Positions 23,500 through 36,595 of a stretch of DNA of 64,000 nt are shown piece by piece (position 1 is the first letter of the stretch; every line of letters starts with the position of its first letter). The notes under the pieces were generated by a model. It saw only the letters and a list, made by a program, of their open reading frames with translations, was not told the origin of the DNA and searched no databases. The DNA lies in NCBI GenBank assembly GCA_050613775.1, contig JBODTK010000128.1, positions 1 through 64,000 of the forward strand, read 5' to 3'. The position numbers were made by a program, and so were the translations under genes. Source of the stretch: Neocallimastix sp. 'constans' (taxonomy: Eukaryota).

Positions 23500-26400
23500 T
23501 ATTCTCTTTGAATTAGTTAAGATGTAATAGAAGTTAACTATTTCAATAACTGACATTTATAAATCATACATCATAATTTAATATTCCTTTTAGTTTTAAA
23601 AAGTATAAATATTTATATTAAGAACACTTTATAAGTATCATAATAAAAATACTTATATAAATATTTAAATTTGGCAGGAGATAGAATAGTAATTTAAAAT
23701 AATTCTGACGATTTGAGATTTAATAGAAGTAACTATTTCAATAGCTGCCAATTTAAATATGTTTAATTAATTTTTTTTTCATTATTATCATAAAAATTAA
23801 AATGAATAAAAAATAAATTATATATTAAGATTATAAAAATTCTTTTTATTTATTTTAAATTCTTAAAATAACAATGAATATAATGAAATAAGAATATTTT
23901 ATTTAAATTATTATCGTATAAATTATTAAAATATTCTTATTTTGAATAAGAATTAGATAGCTTTAAAAAAATTTATTTGATTTTAATAAAATAATTTGCT
24001 GTAACTATCTAAAAATAAAAATTCCAAAAAACTTATTATTTTTAACCACAATTATTAGATTACTTATTATTACTATATAAATATTTTATTATTAATATTT
24101 TGTTAATATTAATAAATAAAATACTTATAAATTCATAAATGGCAGGAGATAGAATAGTAATTAAAAAATATTCTTCTGATGATTTGAGATTTAATAGAAG
24201 TAACTATTTCAATAGCTGCCATTTATAAATGTTTTTTTTTTTTTTTTTCTGTAATTTAATATTCCTTTTAGTTTTAAAAAGTATAAATATTTTTATTAAA
24301 AACACTTTATAAGTATCATAATAAAAATACTTATATAAATATTTAAATTTGGCAGGAGATAGAATAGTAATTTAAAATAATTCTGTTGATTCGAGAGTTA
24401 ATAGAAGTAACTATTTCAATAGCTGCCAATTTAAATATATTTAATTAATTTTTTCCCATTATTATCATAAAAATTAAAATGAATAAAAAATAAATTATAT
24501 ATTAAGATTATATAAATTATCTTGACAAACATTTTAAATTCTTATAATAATAATGATGAATAAAATGGAATAAGAATCTTTTAATTACATTATTATTGAA
24601 TAATTAATTAAAATATTCTTATTTATAATAAAAACTAGATAGTTTTAAAAAATTCATCATATATTTGATTTTAAAAAATATTTTGCTGTAACTATCTAAA
24701 AATAAATATTCCATAAATTTTCTCATTATTTTTTATTATGAGTATACATACAATAATTAATTATTAATATTATAAATATTTTATTATTAATATTTGTTAA
24801 TATCAAAAAATAAAATACTTATAAATTCATAAATGGCAGGAGATAGAATAGTAATTAAAAATTATTCTTCTTATGATTTGAGATTTAATAGAAGTAACTC
24901 TTTCAATAGCTGCCATTTATAAATGATTTAATTTTTTTATTATTATTACCAATTTATTACTAAACGTTATTTTAAATTATACTTCATAATTTAATACTCC
25001 TTTTGGTTTTAATGAGTATAAATATTTTTATTAAAAATACTTCCTAAGTATTAAAAAAAAAATACTTATATAAATATTTAAATTTGGCAGGAGATAGAAT
25101 AGTAATTTAAAATAATTCTGTTGATTCGAGAGTTAATAGAAGTAACTATTTCAATAGCTGCCAATTTAAATATATTTAATTAATTTTTTCCCATTATTAT
25201 CATAAAAATTAAAATGAATAAAAAATAAATTATATATTAAAATTATATAAATTATCTTGACAAACATTTTAAATTCTTATAATAATAATAATGAATAAAA
25301 TGGAATAAGAATCTTTTAATTACGTTATATTATATAACAAATTAAAATACTCTTATTTTGAATAAGAACTAGATAGTTTTAAAAATTCCATCATATATTT
25401 GATTTTAAAAAAATGGTTGCTGTAACTATCTAAAAATAAAAATTCAATAAAGTTTCTTATTATTTTTAATTATGAGCATATAATAATTGATTATTAATAT
25501 ATATAAATATCTTATTATTAATATTTGTTAATATTAATAAATAAAATACTTATAAATTTATAAATGGCAGGAGATAGAATAGTAATTAAAAATTATTCTT
25601 CTGATTATTTGAGATTTAATAGAAGTAACTATTTCAATAGCTGCCATTTATAATTGATTTAATTTTTTTTTATTATTATTACCAACTTATTGCTAAATGT
25701 TATATTAAATTATACTTCATAATTTAATACTCCTTTTGGTTTTATGAGTATAAATATTTTTATTTAAAACACTTTATAAGTATCATAATAAAAATACTTA
25801 TATAAATATTTAAATTTGGCAGGAGATAGAATAGTAATTTAAAATAATTCTGTTGATTCGAGAGTTAATAGAAGTAACTATTTCAATAGCTGCCAATTTA
25901 AATATGTTTAATTAATTTTTTCCCATTATTATCATAAAAATTAAAATGAATAAAAAATAAATTATATATTAATATTATATAAATTATCTTGACAAACATT
26001 TTAAATTCTTAAAATAATAATGAATAAAATGAAATAAGAATCTTTTAATTGCATTACTATTGTATAAATTATTAAAATATTCTTATTTTGAATAACAACT
26101 AGATAGTTTTAAAAAATCCATCATATATTTGATTTTAAAAAATGATTGCTGTAACTATCTAAAAATATATATTCCATAAATTTTCTCATTATTTTTATTA
26201 TAATTAAACAAATAATAATTAATTATTAGATATATATAAATATTTTATTATCAATATTTGTTAATATTAATAAATAAAATACTTATAAATTCATAAATGG
26301 CAGGAGATAGAATAGTAATTAAAAAATATTCTTCTGATGATTTGAGATTTAATAGAAGTAACTATTTCAATAGCTGCCATTTATAAATGTTTTATTTTTT

Positions 26401-27560
26401 TTTTGTAATTTAATATTCCTTCTAGTTTTAAAAATTATAAATATTTTTATTAAAAACACTTTATAAGTATCATAATAATAATACTTATATAAATATTTAA
26501 ATTTGGCAGGAGATAGAATAGTAATTTAAAATAATTCTGTTGATTCGAGAGTTAATAGAAGTAACTATTTCAATAGCTGCCAATTTAAATATGTTTAATT
26601 AATTTTTTCCCATTATTATCATAAAAATTAAAATGAATAAAAAATAAATTATATATTAATATTATATAAATTATCTTGACAAACATTTTAAATTCTTAAA
26701 ATAATAATGAATATAATGAAATAAGAATCTTTTAATTGCATTACTATTGTATAAATTATTAAAATATTCTTATTTTGAATAAAAACTAGATAGTTTTAAA
26801 AAATCCATCATATATTTGATTTTAAAAAATGATTGCTGTAACTATCTAAAAATATATATTCCATAAATTTTCTCATTATTTTTATTATAATTAAACAAAT
26901 AATAATTAATTATTAGATATATATAAATATTTTATTATTAATATTTTGTTAATATTAATAAATAAAATACTTATAAATTCATAAATGGCAGGAGATAGAA
27001 TAGTAATTAAAAAATATTCTTCTGATGATTTGAGATTTAATAGAAGTAACTATTTCAATAGCTGCCATTTATAAATGTTTTATTTTTTTTTTTCTGTAAT
27101 TTAATATTCCTTTTAGTTTTTAAAAGTATAAATATTTTTATTAAAAACACTTTATAAGTATCATAATAAAAATACTTATATAAATATTTAAAATTGGCAG
27201 GAGATAGAATAGTAATTTAAAATTATTCTGTTTATTCGAGAGTTAATAGAAGTAACTATTTCAATAGCTGCCAATTTAAATATATATAATTATTTTTTTT
27301 TCTTTATTACTATAAAAATTAAAATGTATAAAAAATAAATTATATATTAAGATTATATAAATTATTTTGACAAACATTTTAAATTCTTATAATAATAATG
27401 ATGAATAAAATGAAATAAGAATCTTTTAATTATATTGTTATTGCATAATTAATTAAAATAATCTTATTTATAATAAAAACTGGATAGTTTTAAAAAATCC
27501 ATTATATATTTGATTTTTAAAAAATGGTTGCTGTAACTATCTAAAAATATATTTTATAAA
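23500..27560. repeat. Tandem array with ~680-735 bp higher-order unit, each unit carrying two related ~80-nt hairpins
   Basis: 11 copies of TGGCAGGAGATAGAATAGTAATT...TAATAGAAGTAACTATTTCAATAGCTGCCA starting at 23672, 24140, 24350, 24834, 25085, 25565, 25817, 26298, 26504, 26986 and 27195, plus a degenerate half copy near 23525-23560. Confidence 0.95.
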
Positions 27561-28775
27561 TAATTTTTCATAATGATAAAACAAATTATTTAAATTAATG
27601 AAAATCAATAATAATAGGTGCAACTTTTTAAATTAAACCGTTTATTATTAATACTTTATTGAGATTCCTTATAATAATTCGTAGAGTAGCTGTGACCATC
27701 TTTTTCCAGATAAATTAAATTTGAGATTTATCTTCATTTTGTTTTTGTTCTTATTTAAAAATCAGTCAAAAATATATTATTGTTAATATATTTTTATTAT
27801 TGAACTAAAAAATGAAGATTGAAATTCAAAGTTTAGAGAAAATACAATATCATAACTTTTATTCATCTTTGATCATATCTTCTTCCTTTTCTTCTTTTTT
27901 CATTATTTTTCTAAAGTTATGTTTTCTTTTTTTTTATTTGTATTTCTTCATTTGTTGAAGTAGTGATTTTATTTTCGGTCCATGTAATTCACTTCGATTT
28001 GTAAAAAGTATTTAATGTTTACTATAAAAGTATTTATAATATGAGAATAAATTTTCTGATGAAAAAAATTTTTTTTGAAAATTTTTTGGCTCTTTTATAC
28101 TTTTTTTTTCATATTAAAATTATAATTAAATTTCAATAAAAAAAAAAGGTATTGTGGATCAGTTAAAAAATATATTCTAAAAATTTAATTTGTGGTTAAT
28201 TTCCTTTCAATTTTTATATTAAAAAAAAGTTTAAAAAAATTTTTTTTTTTAAAATGATTAATTATTAAAATTTTAGTTAATAAAATTATTAATGTATTTA
28301 ATAATAAATATTTTATATAAAAAAAAAGTATTAATATTTATATATATTTAATATTTATGCTTTAAACTATATATATATATATATATTTTTTTTTCACTCT
28401 TTTTTTCTTTTTCAAAATATGATATATTATTAAAATATATTATAAAAAATAAAAGAATAAAGTAATAAATATATTATGTTAATAAATGTTAAATATATAT
28501 AGCATTAAAAAAAAAAAATTTTTTTTTATTAAGAGAAAAAATTTTGATTTTTCTAATACTTGTTATTTATTAATTTTGTTTTTTATAATGAATGCATTAA
28601 TAATATAATTAATCAAAAAATATATAAATTAATTTATGGTTAATGTCTTTAATATTTTGTTCAATCAAAAAAATTCCTGTAAAAATTAATATTAATAGAA
28701 ATAATGGTTAATGAAAATAATAATGTAAAATATTAATAATATATATATTGATTCAATAATTCATAAAATTATTAT

Positions 28776-30107
28776 GAGTGTGTGTCATTTCGCAAAAATT
28801 CATTTCGGAAAAGTTTCATTTCGCAAAATTTTTTGTGTCATTTCGCAAAAATTTCATTTCGGAAAAGTTTCATTTCGCAAAATTTTAATAAATAGATAAA
28901 TAAATAATAAAATAAATAAATAAATAAATAATAAAAAAATAAAAAAAAAAAAAAAGAATTATAAAATATAAAATAAAAAATAAAAAATAAAAAAAAAAAA
29001 ATAAAAAATATAAAATATAAAATATAAAATATAAAATATAAAATATAAAAAAAAATATAAAATATAAAAATATAAAATAAAAAAAAAATATAAAGTATAA
29101 AATATAAAAATATAAAATAAAAAAAAAATATATAAAGTATAAAATATAAAAAAAATATAAAATATAAAATATAAAATATAAAATAAAAATAAAAAATAAA
29201 ATATATATATATATATATATATAAAATAAAAAATAAAAAATAAAAATAAAAAATATAAAAAATATAAAATAAAAATATAAAATATAAAATATAAAATAAA
29301 AAAAAAAAATATAAAATATAAAATAAAAATAAAAAATATAAAATAAAAAATATAAAATAAAAAATATAAAATATAAAATATAAAATATAAAATAAAAAAA
29401 TAGATACCACCTAAAATCATCCTAATTTTGTGCTACTTTTAACTCCCTTTTTTATGATATCCTCATCTTTTTTTTTTTTTTTTTTTTTACTGAATTATTT
29501 ATAAATATTTCTTTTATTAAAAAAATTTATTAGCAATTTAATATTTTTAAAATACTGCGCAAGGACTTAAAAGGTGTAAAATGATCAATTAATTATTTAA
29601 ATATTATTTTTTAATATTTTTTTTAATAATTATATTTTAAATTTAACAATTATATTTTAAATTATTATCCTTTACATCTTTTAAATTATTAATACTTATT
29701 TTTTTTATATATATAAAATTCTTATATATATTTTAAAAAATTATAAAACGTTTAAAACATATGATAAAATATTTTATTTTTTTAAAGCGTTAATTCTAAT
29801 GAATATTTATTATTATATAATGTATATTTAATATATATATGTCCATATATATATGTATATTTTTTTTTAAAAATTTAATTTTAAAATTTATTTATTTATT
29901 ATAGTTTTATATATTTATTTTTATTTATTTAGTTTTTTATTTAAATTATATATATTATTTATTTATTTTATTATTAATTTATTTATTTATTAAAAATTTT
30001 GCTAAATGAAACTTTTCCGAAATGAAATTTTGCGAAATGAAACTTTTTATGTAAATTTTCCGAAATGAAACTTTCCGAAATGAAATTTTGCGAAATGCTC
30101 CTCCCCC
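28776..30107. mobile_element. Non-autonomous MULE/foldback-like element with sub-repeated TIRs
   Basis: Left end has tandem ~16-bp CATTTCG(C/G)AAAA(G/A)TTT units, mirrored as inverted AAA(C/T)TTT(T)(G/C)CGAAATG units at ~29995-30097. Same '10 nt then CATTTCG' end geometry as the MULE at 1055. No coding capacity and no matching TSD found. Confidence 0.75.
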
Positions 30108-31380
30108 TATTGAATAATAATTATTATTAATAAAATAATACTAGTATTTATATATTTTTATTATTTAAAAATTAAATGATATATATGTTATGTTATATAT
30201 TGATCTTAAATTTATATTTTTTTTTTATTTTTATTTTATTTTTTATATCTAAATTTAATGAATTATAAAATCAATAATTAATACTTAATAAATTATATAT
30301 GTAAAAGATTAAGTAAAATAAATAATAATTTAAATCATAGAAAATTAAATGTAATAAAGAATAAAAAATAATTCAAAAGTTAAAAAAATTTCGGTGAGAT
30401 GTATTCTATTAGTACTAACATGGTTACTATTAAAACTTAAAATAATAAAACAAAGAAGTGACTTCATTAAAGCAGATAGTGTGGTGTCCACTAAACTCTC
30501 CACTGAAAATAAAGATTCTCATTAGAGTTTTTTATTAATAATAGTTTTTATATGACTAATATATTTTATGTTTTATAAAATCAAAACATTATATTGTGAA
30601 CATATAAAAATAAAGTGTTCAGATGACATTATTAGATTTATGTGGATAAAACATAAATAATAATTACATGATATTGCAAAGTATCATTTCGGAAAAGGTG
30701 GCTTTTTAAATATTTATAAATAAATTAATAAATAAACATTTTTAATAAATACTTATAAAAACTTTTAATAAATAATGTCAAATTAGGGTTAAAAGTTTTT
30801 TTTTTTTTTTTTTTATAATTATTATTTTTATATTTATTTTTTAAAAAAAATAATAATAATAAAATAAAATAAAATATTCTCGAAATCAATTAAGGGTAGT
30901 ATAAAGTATTTAAAATTAAAATATATATTAAAAAATAAAAATGACTTATATATCTTAAAAATATGAAAAAAAAATTTTTCTTCTAAAAAAAAAAATATTC
31001 TTTATATTAATAAAAATTAAATTTAAAAGTTTTGTACATCTTTGAAATAAATATACAAATAAAATATTTTTTAAAAATAAATATCATTTAAAATAAAGTA
31101 TTATTTAAAAATTTAAAATATTTTTGATATTTTCATTATTTAAAAAAAAATTTTTCTTTAAATCAATAAAAAGTATTTAAAAAAAAAAATTTAAAAATTA
31201 AAATGGCTTATATATTTTTATTATATATTTTAATAGAAAATTTTTTATTTATAATATAAAAGTTATTAATAAAAATATAAAAATAATAAAAATAATAATA
31301 AAAAAATAATTATTTAGAAATATTTAGTAATAATGTTTTTTGTAATATTTGTTTTTTTTTTTTTTTTAAATTAAAATTTT

Positions 31381-31713
31381 TCCCTCTGGGTTTTTTGCGT
31401 GAAAGGTTAGGGGTTAAACGATACTCAGGTAGGTAGGTATGTTTTCTATATTTCTAACACTATAAGAATCCCATTGCGTAAGCCTTATCTGAGAGGATTT
31501 ACAGTGTCCAGCTCCTCTGGGATGGCAAGGACGCCACCTATAGTTGGCTCTGCTTTCTCTCGAGGATCGCGTAGGGTGCTCCTATATGGAGTTTCTTTGC
31601 TTATGGGGAGTTGAGAGCGCCGACGCCGTACTGGTATGGCAGTTAATCATACACTCATATTACTATATGGGGAAGACCAAAGTCTTCAGTCTATAAAAAA
31701 AAAAAAAAAAAAA
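31381..31713 (+). mobile_element. SINE-like retroposed structured RNA
   Basis: ~314-nt GC-balanced island with several hairpins and a poly(A) at 31695-31713. Flanked by TTTTTAAAT(T/A)AAAATTTT at 31363-31380 and 31714-31731 (low-complexity, one mismatch). Confidence 0.55.
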
Positions 31714-31759
31714 TTTTTAAATAAAAATTTTAAAAAAAATATTAAAATTTTAATATCAA

Positions 31760-31947
31760 CAAATTGAATGAATTGTTGCCAAAATTTTTCAAATTTAGGA
31801 CATAAAAAAATCCATTGTGTAAAAACTAGTTATGCTGTTACTTTCGCCACATCAAGGACATCCTATTGGGTAATCTTCTGATACCAAATTACCTTTTATT
31901 ATAAGGTTTTAACATCAATTTTGAATTTATATTTAATTCGTTCAATC

Positions 31948-31950
<3 letters not shown>
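31760..31950 (-). pseudogene. Decayed LINE C-terminal Zn-finger fragment
   Basis: Minus strand reads ...GNLVSEDYPIGCP*CGESNS, resembling family B GRVSEDCPKSCPCCGEGNQS. Confidence 0.55.
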
Positions 31951-31991
<41 letters not shown>

Positions 31992-32026
31992 AAGAGAAAA
32001 TTGTGAATATATCATTTCATAAATAA

Positions 32027-32339
32027 TTTTTTTTTTTTTTTTTTACAGCCCCAATTATTGCGAACTTTAAGCTTCATTTAATCATTTATTAATTAATTAC
32101 ATGAATTTATATATATATATAAAACACACAATTAATAATATAAATGAAAAGAAATATTCAAAAATAAAGTGTATAAATAAATTCAAAAAAAAAAATTTTT
32201 CATATGCAAAGAAATCTCACCTCCAAGATTATAAGATTTCTATTTAAAAAGAAATTCTTATTCCGGATTAGGGTTTGAATTGACTATCTAAAAAGAAATT
32301 ATGTTCTTCTCCTTCTTACTAAATATTTCTAAATAATTA

Positions 32340-32373
<34 letters not shown>

Positions 32374-32750
32374 TTATTTTTATTAACAACTTTTATATTA
32401 TAAACCAAAAATTTTCTATTGGCATTGGGCCCTGCTAGCCTGTCTTACTGTTTTACTGTATTTTCAGCATTGACGCTCCTAGTTTGTTTGTGCTTATACC
32501 GTCAGGAATAGTAATCCTTGTCGATTACTAGCCCTTGGCATAATTTTATGTAAAAAGAGCTGCAGATCGCACCAAGAATGATATTTTTAGAATAATCACC
32601 ATAAACGATTTGATTATGAAATAAATTATTCCATTCCTTTTTATGATTTAAATCAATAGTATCTGTATCTCTTCTACCAAGATGAAAGCTATATAATGGT
32701 ACGTCACATATATATTTACACACTCATTATTCAGAAAATTACACATAAAT
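32027..32750 (-). mobile_element. Degenerate LINE 3' end (family C relic)
   Basis: T-tract then blocks shared with 477-905 and with the family A 3' end (CCTGTCTTACTGTTT, CAGCATTGACGCTC). Confidence 0.7.
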
Positions 32751-33131
32751 AAATACATAAAATGAAATATTTTATATTATATAATTATATTAGTGAGTTA
32801 GAAGCAATAGTTTTTTTATCGATTATAACACCGTGTCCATTATTACCAGTAATAATTTCAAGTATTAGTGTTAACAACCGAATCTGTATCTGATCTTTCA
32901 CCGGGAGGTGAAAATCTACGCCTTATCATTAATAACATTATTAAAATTATATATATTATTAGTATCGATCAAACTTTTTTTTTTTAAATAAATTATTTAA
33001 AACTTTTTTTTATTAACCAATAAATAGAAAAACATATACATATATATATGTGTATAAGATTAAAGAAAATACTATTTTTTCTTTATTAATACATTTATTT
33101 ATTTTTTTACTTATTTATTTATAGAAATGAC

Positions 33132-33166
<35 letters not shown>

Positions 33167-33251
33167 ATTATATTAATTATATAATATTATAAATATAAAA
33201 AATATATTAAATAATGTATATATTTATCAAAAAAAAAAAAAAAAAAAAAAA

Positions 33252-33291
<40 letters not shown>

Positions 33292-34123
33292 TAAAATAGA
33301 ATTACTTGTTAATAATAATAACAATAATTTATAAACATATATCATATTATTGAATATATGATTATATAATATTACTATTTCAATTATTTAATTATTTTTT
33401 ATTTTCCTCTTTCTAATAAATTATATATGATAAAACCTAATATATATTTAAGACAATTCATAAATTTAATTGAATTAAATTTAAATTTAAAAGAGGAAAA
33501 CTAATTTTATTAGAATTATTAATTATGTTTAGTATAATAATAATTATCACAATTAATTAATTAATGATTCTAAGTAAAATTTAAAAAATATTTATTGAGG
33601 TTGTAAAATGAATATTAAAATATTTTTAATATTATATAAAAATAAAACAAATAATTAACAATTATCAATTAATTTATATTAGGGTAATACTGTTAAAAAT
33701 GAGAGTATTGTTTACGAATTATTAATTTTCATTTAAAAAAAATAACAGAAAAAAAAAAAAAAAAAGATAACATTTTTAATTAAAAACTGAAAACATGTTT
33801 TGTAATATGTATTTTGAATTTAAAATCAACAATTTAAAATGTTATATATAATAGGGTTAAAGGCAACTTTTCTTTTTAGATTTATATATAATTATTATTG
33901 TCAATAAATATAGTATTATTATATGAAGATTGTGACGAAAGCGAATATTAATAATTAATAATAAGAAATTTTAAAACTTTGATTTAAAATATATAATAAA
34001 ATAATTGTTATTTTTTTTTTTTTTTTTATAATAGTATTCAAATATTATTAGTTGTCATTTTGATAATATTTTCAAATATTTATATTGTTTATGATAATAA
34101 AATTCATCGATATGAGAAAAAAA

Positions 34124-35649
34124 TTAATCATCAGTTCTTTTTAAAATGATAGATTGTATTGAGAAACCATATTTCCAATAACATTTTTTATTAACAATTT
34201 GAATTTTAACTTTAGTGTATAATTGTGGATTATTCACTTTAATCTTAAAACAAGTTAATGGTTGCCATCCAATACCTTTTAAATTATCATAATATACCTT
34301 ACTTAATGAATATTTATATTGTTCTTCAGCCCCTTCAAATCTTGCAATAAAATCAAGTCCAACTAAACCACCAGAAACATTTTCTATCTTTACAACGCAT
34401 TTAACAATATAATTACCATTGGTTACATATTTAAATTCACCATTAACCTAATTTTTTATTATTTTTTATATTTATTAATAAGTATATATATATATATATT
34501 TTTAGTTTTATATATATATATTTACTTAAATCTTAAGTAGATAAAATTTCAACTTACATCAAACCAACAGACATCAGTTAATACAGCACCATCACCTTCT
34601 AATTTCCAATTCTTACCCATTTCTGCAATTGATAAATTTTTGGCATATAAAGTATTTGTATCTAAACAATAATATATATTTGAATATATATATATATTAA
34701 TACTTTAATTTATAATTCATTATTACTTTTTTATAAATATAATAGTATTATTTACCAAAATATCTATAGATATCATATAAATCAACTGGATTATCAATAG
34801 CATTAAATTCCTAAAAATAATATAAAATATTTAAGGATTACTAAATTATCTATCATATATAAAAATAAAATAAAATAAACATATATTAAATAATTATTAA
34901 ATATGTACAAAGGTATTTTTTTTTTCTTCTTACCTCCAAATAATCTCTTTTTAAAAAATTATACCAAATAGAAGAGCTATTAATATTAGAATATAACTTC
35001 TTACAAGTCTATTAAATAATATATGTTATTAATAAATATAAAATGTATTAAAAAATATTTAATAAATAAAATAATACTATTAATATTTATAAATATTTAA
35101 AAATTTTATTGGATAAATTTTAATTTAAATTTTTACCATAGAAAAATTTATAAAATCTTTAACAGTTAAATATTTAGAAATTTTAATAACCACATCTGAT
35201 GGAATTTTTGAAATATCTATATATATATATATATTCATATTTTTTTATATATATTTAATAGATTAAAATTATATATTAATATTAAATTATTATATATTTA
35301 TTTTTAATATTATAATTTTTTAAATTTATATTAAATTAATATTAATTCATATTATTGATTATTTCATTAATATATTTCTAAAATTTTTAATTCATGTATA
35401 TTATTATTTACATTCACTTTGAATTATCTCTTTCTTTTGCACGTTACTAGTTTGAGCTATAGTTTTGTCTTTTTTAATTAACTCATGAGCTGTTGTTTCA
35501 GTATTTTTTGTAGTTTTATTACTTGAGGTAGAAAAATCTGCAAATAAGTCTTTAATTTGACTTTGGCCTGTAGTTACAATATAATTTTTTAATAATAGGT
35601 CGATAACTTCTTCACTAAGAAGAGTTTGGGTAGATACGTTCATTTTCAT
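34124..35649 (-). CDS. F-box protein with C-terminal PP2/Nictaba-like lectin domain (6 exons)
   Basis: GT-AG exons 35649-35412, 35216-35137, 35008-34934, 34810-34756, 34661-34558 and 34447-34124 join in frame. F-box-like ISKIPSDVVIKISKYLTVKDFINFSMTCKKLY...IW. PP2-like AVLTDVCWFDVNG...GW...WKYGFSIQSIILK. Confidence 0.8.
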
Positions 35650-36547
35650 TTTGATTATTTTTTTTTATTATAAAATTCTTATTTTAAAAGTACTAATTTC
35701 TATATTATAAAAATTAAATATATGTTTATATTTTAAAGGATTTTAAAAAAAGGGGTTTTTTCTAGTAATTACTTTCTTCATATATTATTTCTGTATTTGA
35801 TAATATATATATTTAATTTTTATTAAAGGTATGTATTTTGTTATATTTCATATTACAATTAAATAAAGCATATACGATATCCGTTTTACTTTTTTTTTTT
35901 ATGTTTCTTATTTTTTATTTTATTTTTATTTTATTTAATTTATAATATTGGGTTGATTTTATCTTTTCAATTTTTTTTTTTAAATTAAAAAATAAAAAAT
36001 ATATTTTCCTAATATATTTCTAAATAATAAATATTCCCTTAAACAAAATATTTAATATTATAATTAGAAGAGAGTGTCTATTAGGTTTCTTATCATAAGT
36101 TATTTTAATAATAAAAACTTTTTAATTATCATATATATATTATTTATATTATTTATAATTCAATTTTTTGAATTTTAAATTATTATTAGGATATATTTAT
36201 CAGTAAGATAATAATACTGAAAGGTTTAATTATCATGAATAAAAATATATAACTCATATATATTTTAATAAAATATTTTTTATAAAGGTTCGGTAGTTTA
36301 TTTTTTATTTATTTATTTATTTTAATAAAAAAAAATAAAAATAAAAGAATAGGAATAAAAAAAATTAAATTAAAATATTTATTATAATAATAAAAATATA
36401 ATATATATGATAAAAAAGAGGGGTAATATTAAACTAAATAAATTTTAAAATAGAAAACGTTTATTAAATAAAAAAAAAAGTTAAAACGAGAAAAAAAGTG
36501 AGAAATTATATAGATATTTATATTATTATCTAAAGAATGTTTTGTTT

Positions 36548-36595
<48 letters not shown>

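Noticed and set aside
24139..24228. 29-codon ATG-to-stop ORFs on both strands of subtype-A hairpins (MAGDRIVIKK...SCHL and MAAIEIVTS...SCHL)
   Set aside because: They arise from the palindromic ends. Subtype B lacks the ATG and has an early stop on the + strand, the differences between copies are amino-acid-changing, and the terminal CHL is not a CAAX box. Not fully excluded without ribosome profiling.
23500..27560. CRISPR array, hammerhead ribozyme or C/D snoRNA interpretation of the hairpin array
   Set aside because: The spacers are long and repeated rather than unique, and there are no cas genes. CTGATGA occurs in only some A copies and has no GAAA partner. Boxes C and D are not positioned next to the terminal stem.
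31405..31417. GGTTAGGGGTTA as a telomerase RNA template or telomeric seed
   Set aside because: One imperfect occurrence (TTAGGGG). The poly(A) and TSD context fits a retroposed element better, and no template-adjacent pseudoknot was established.
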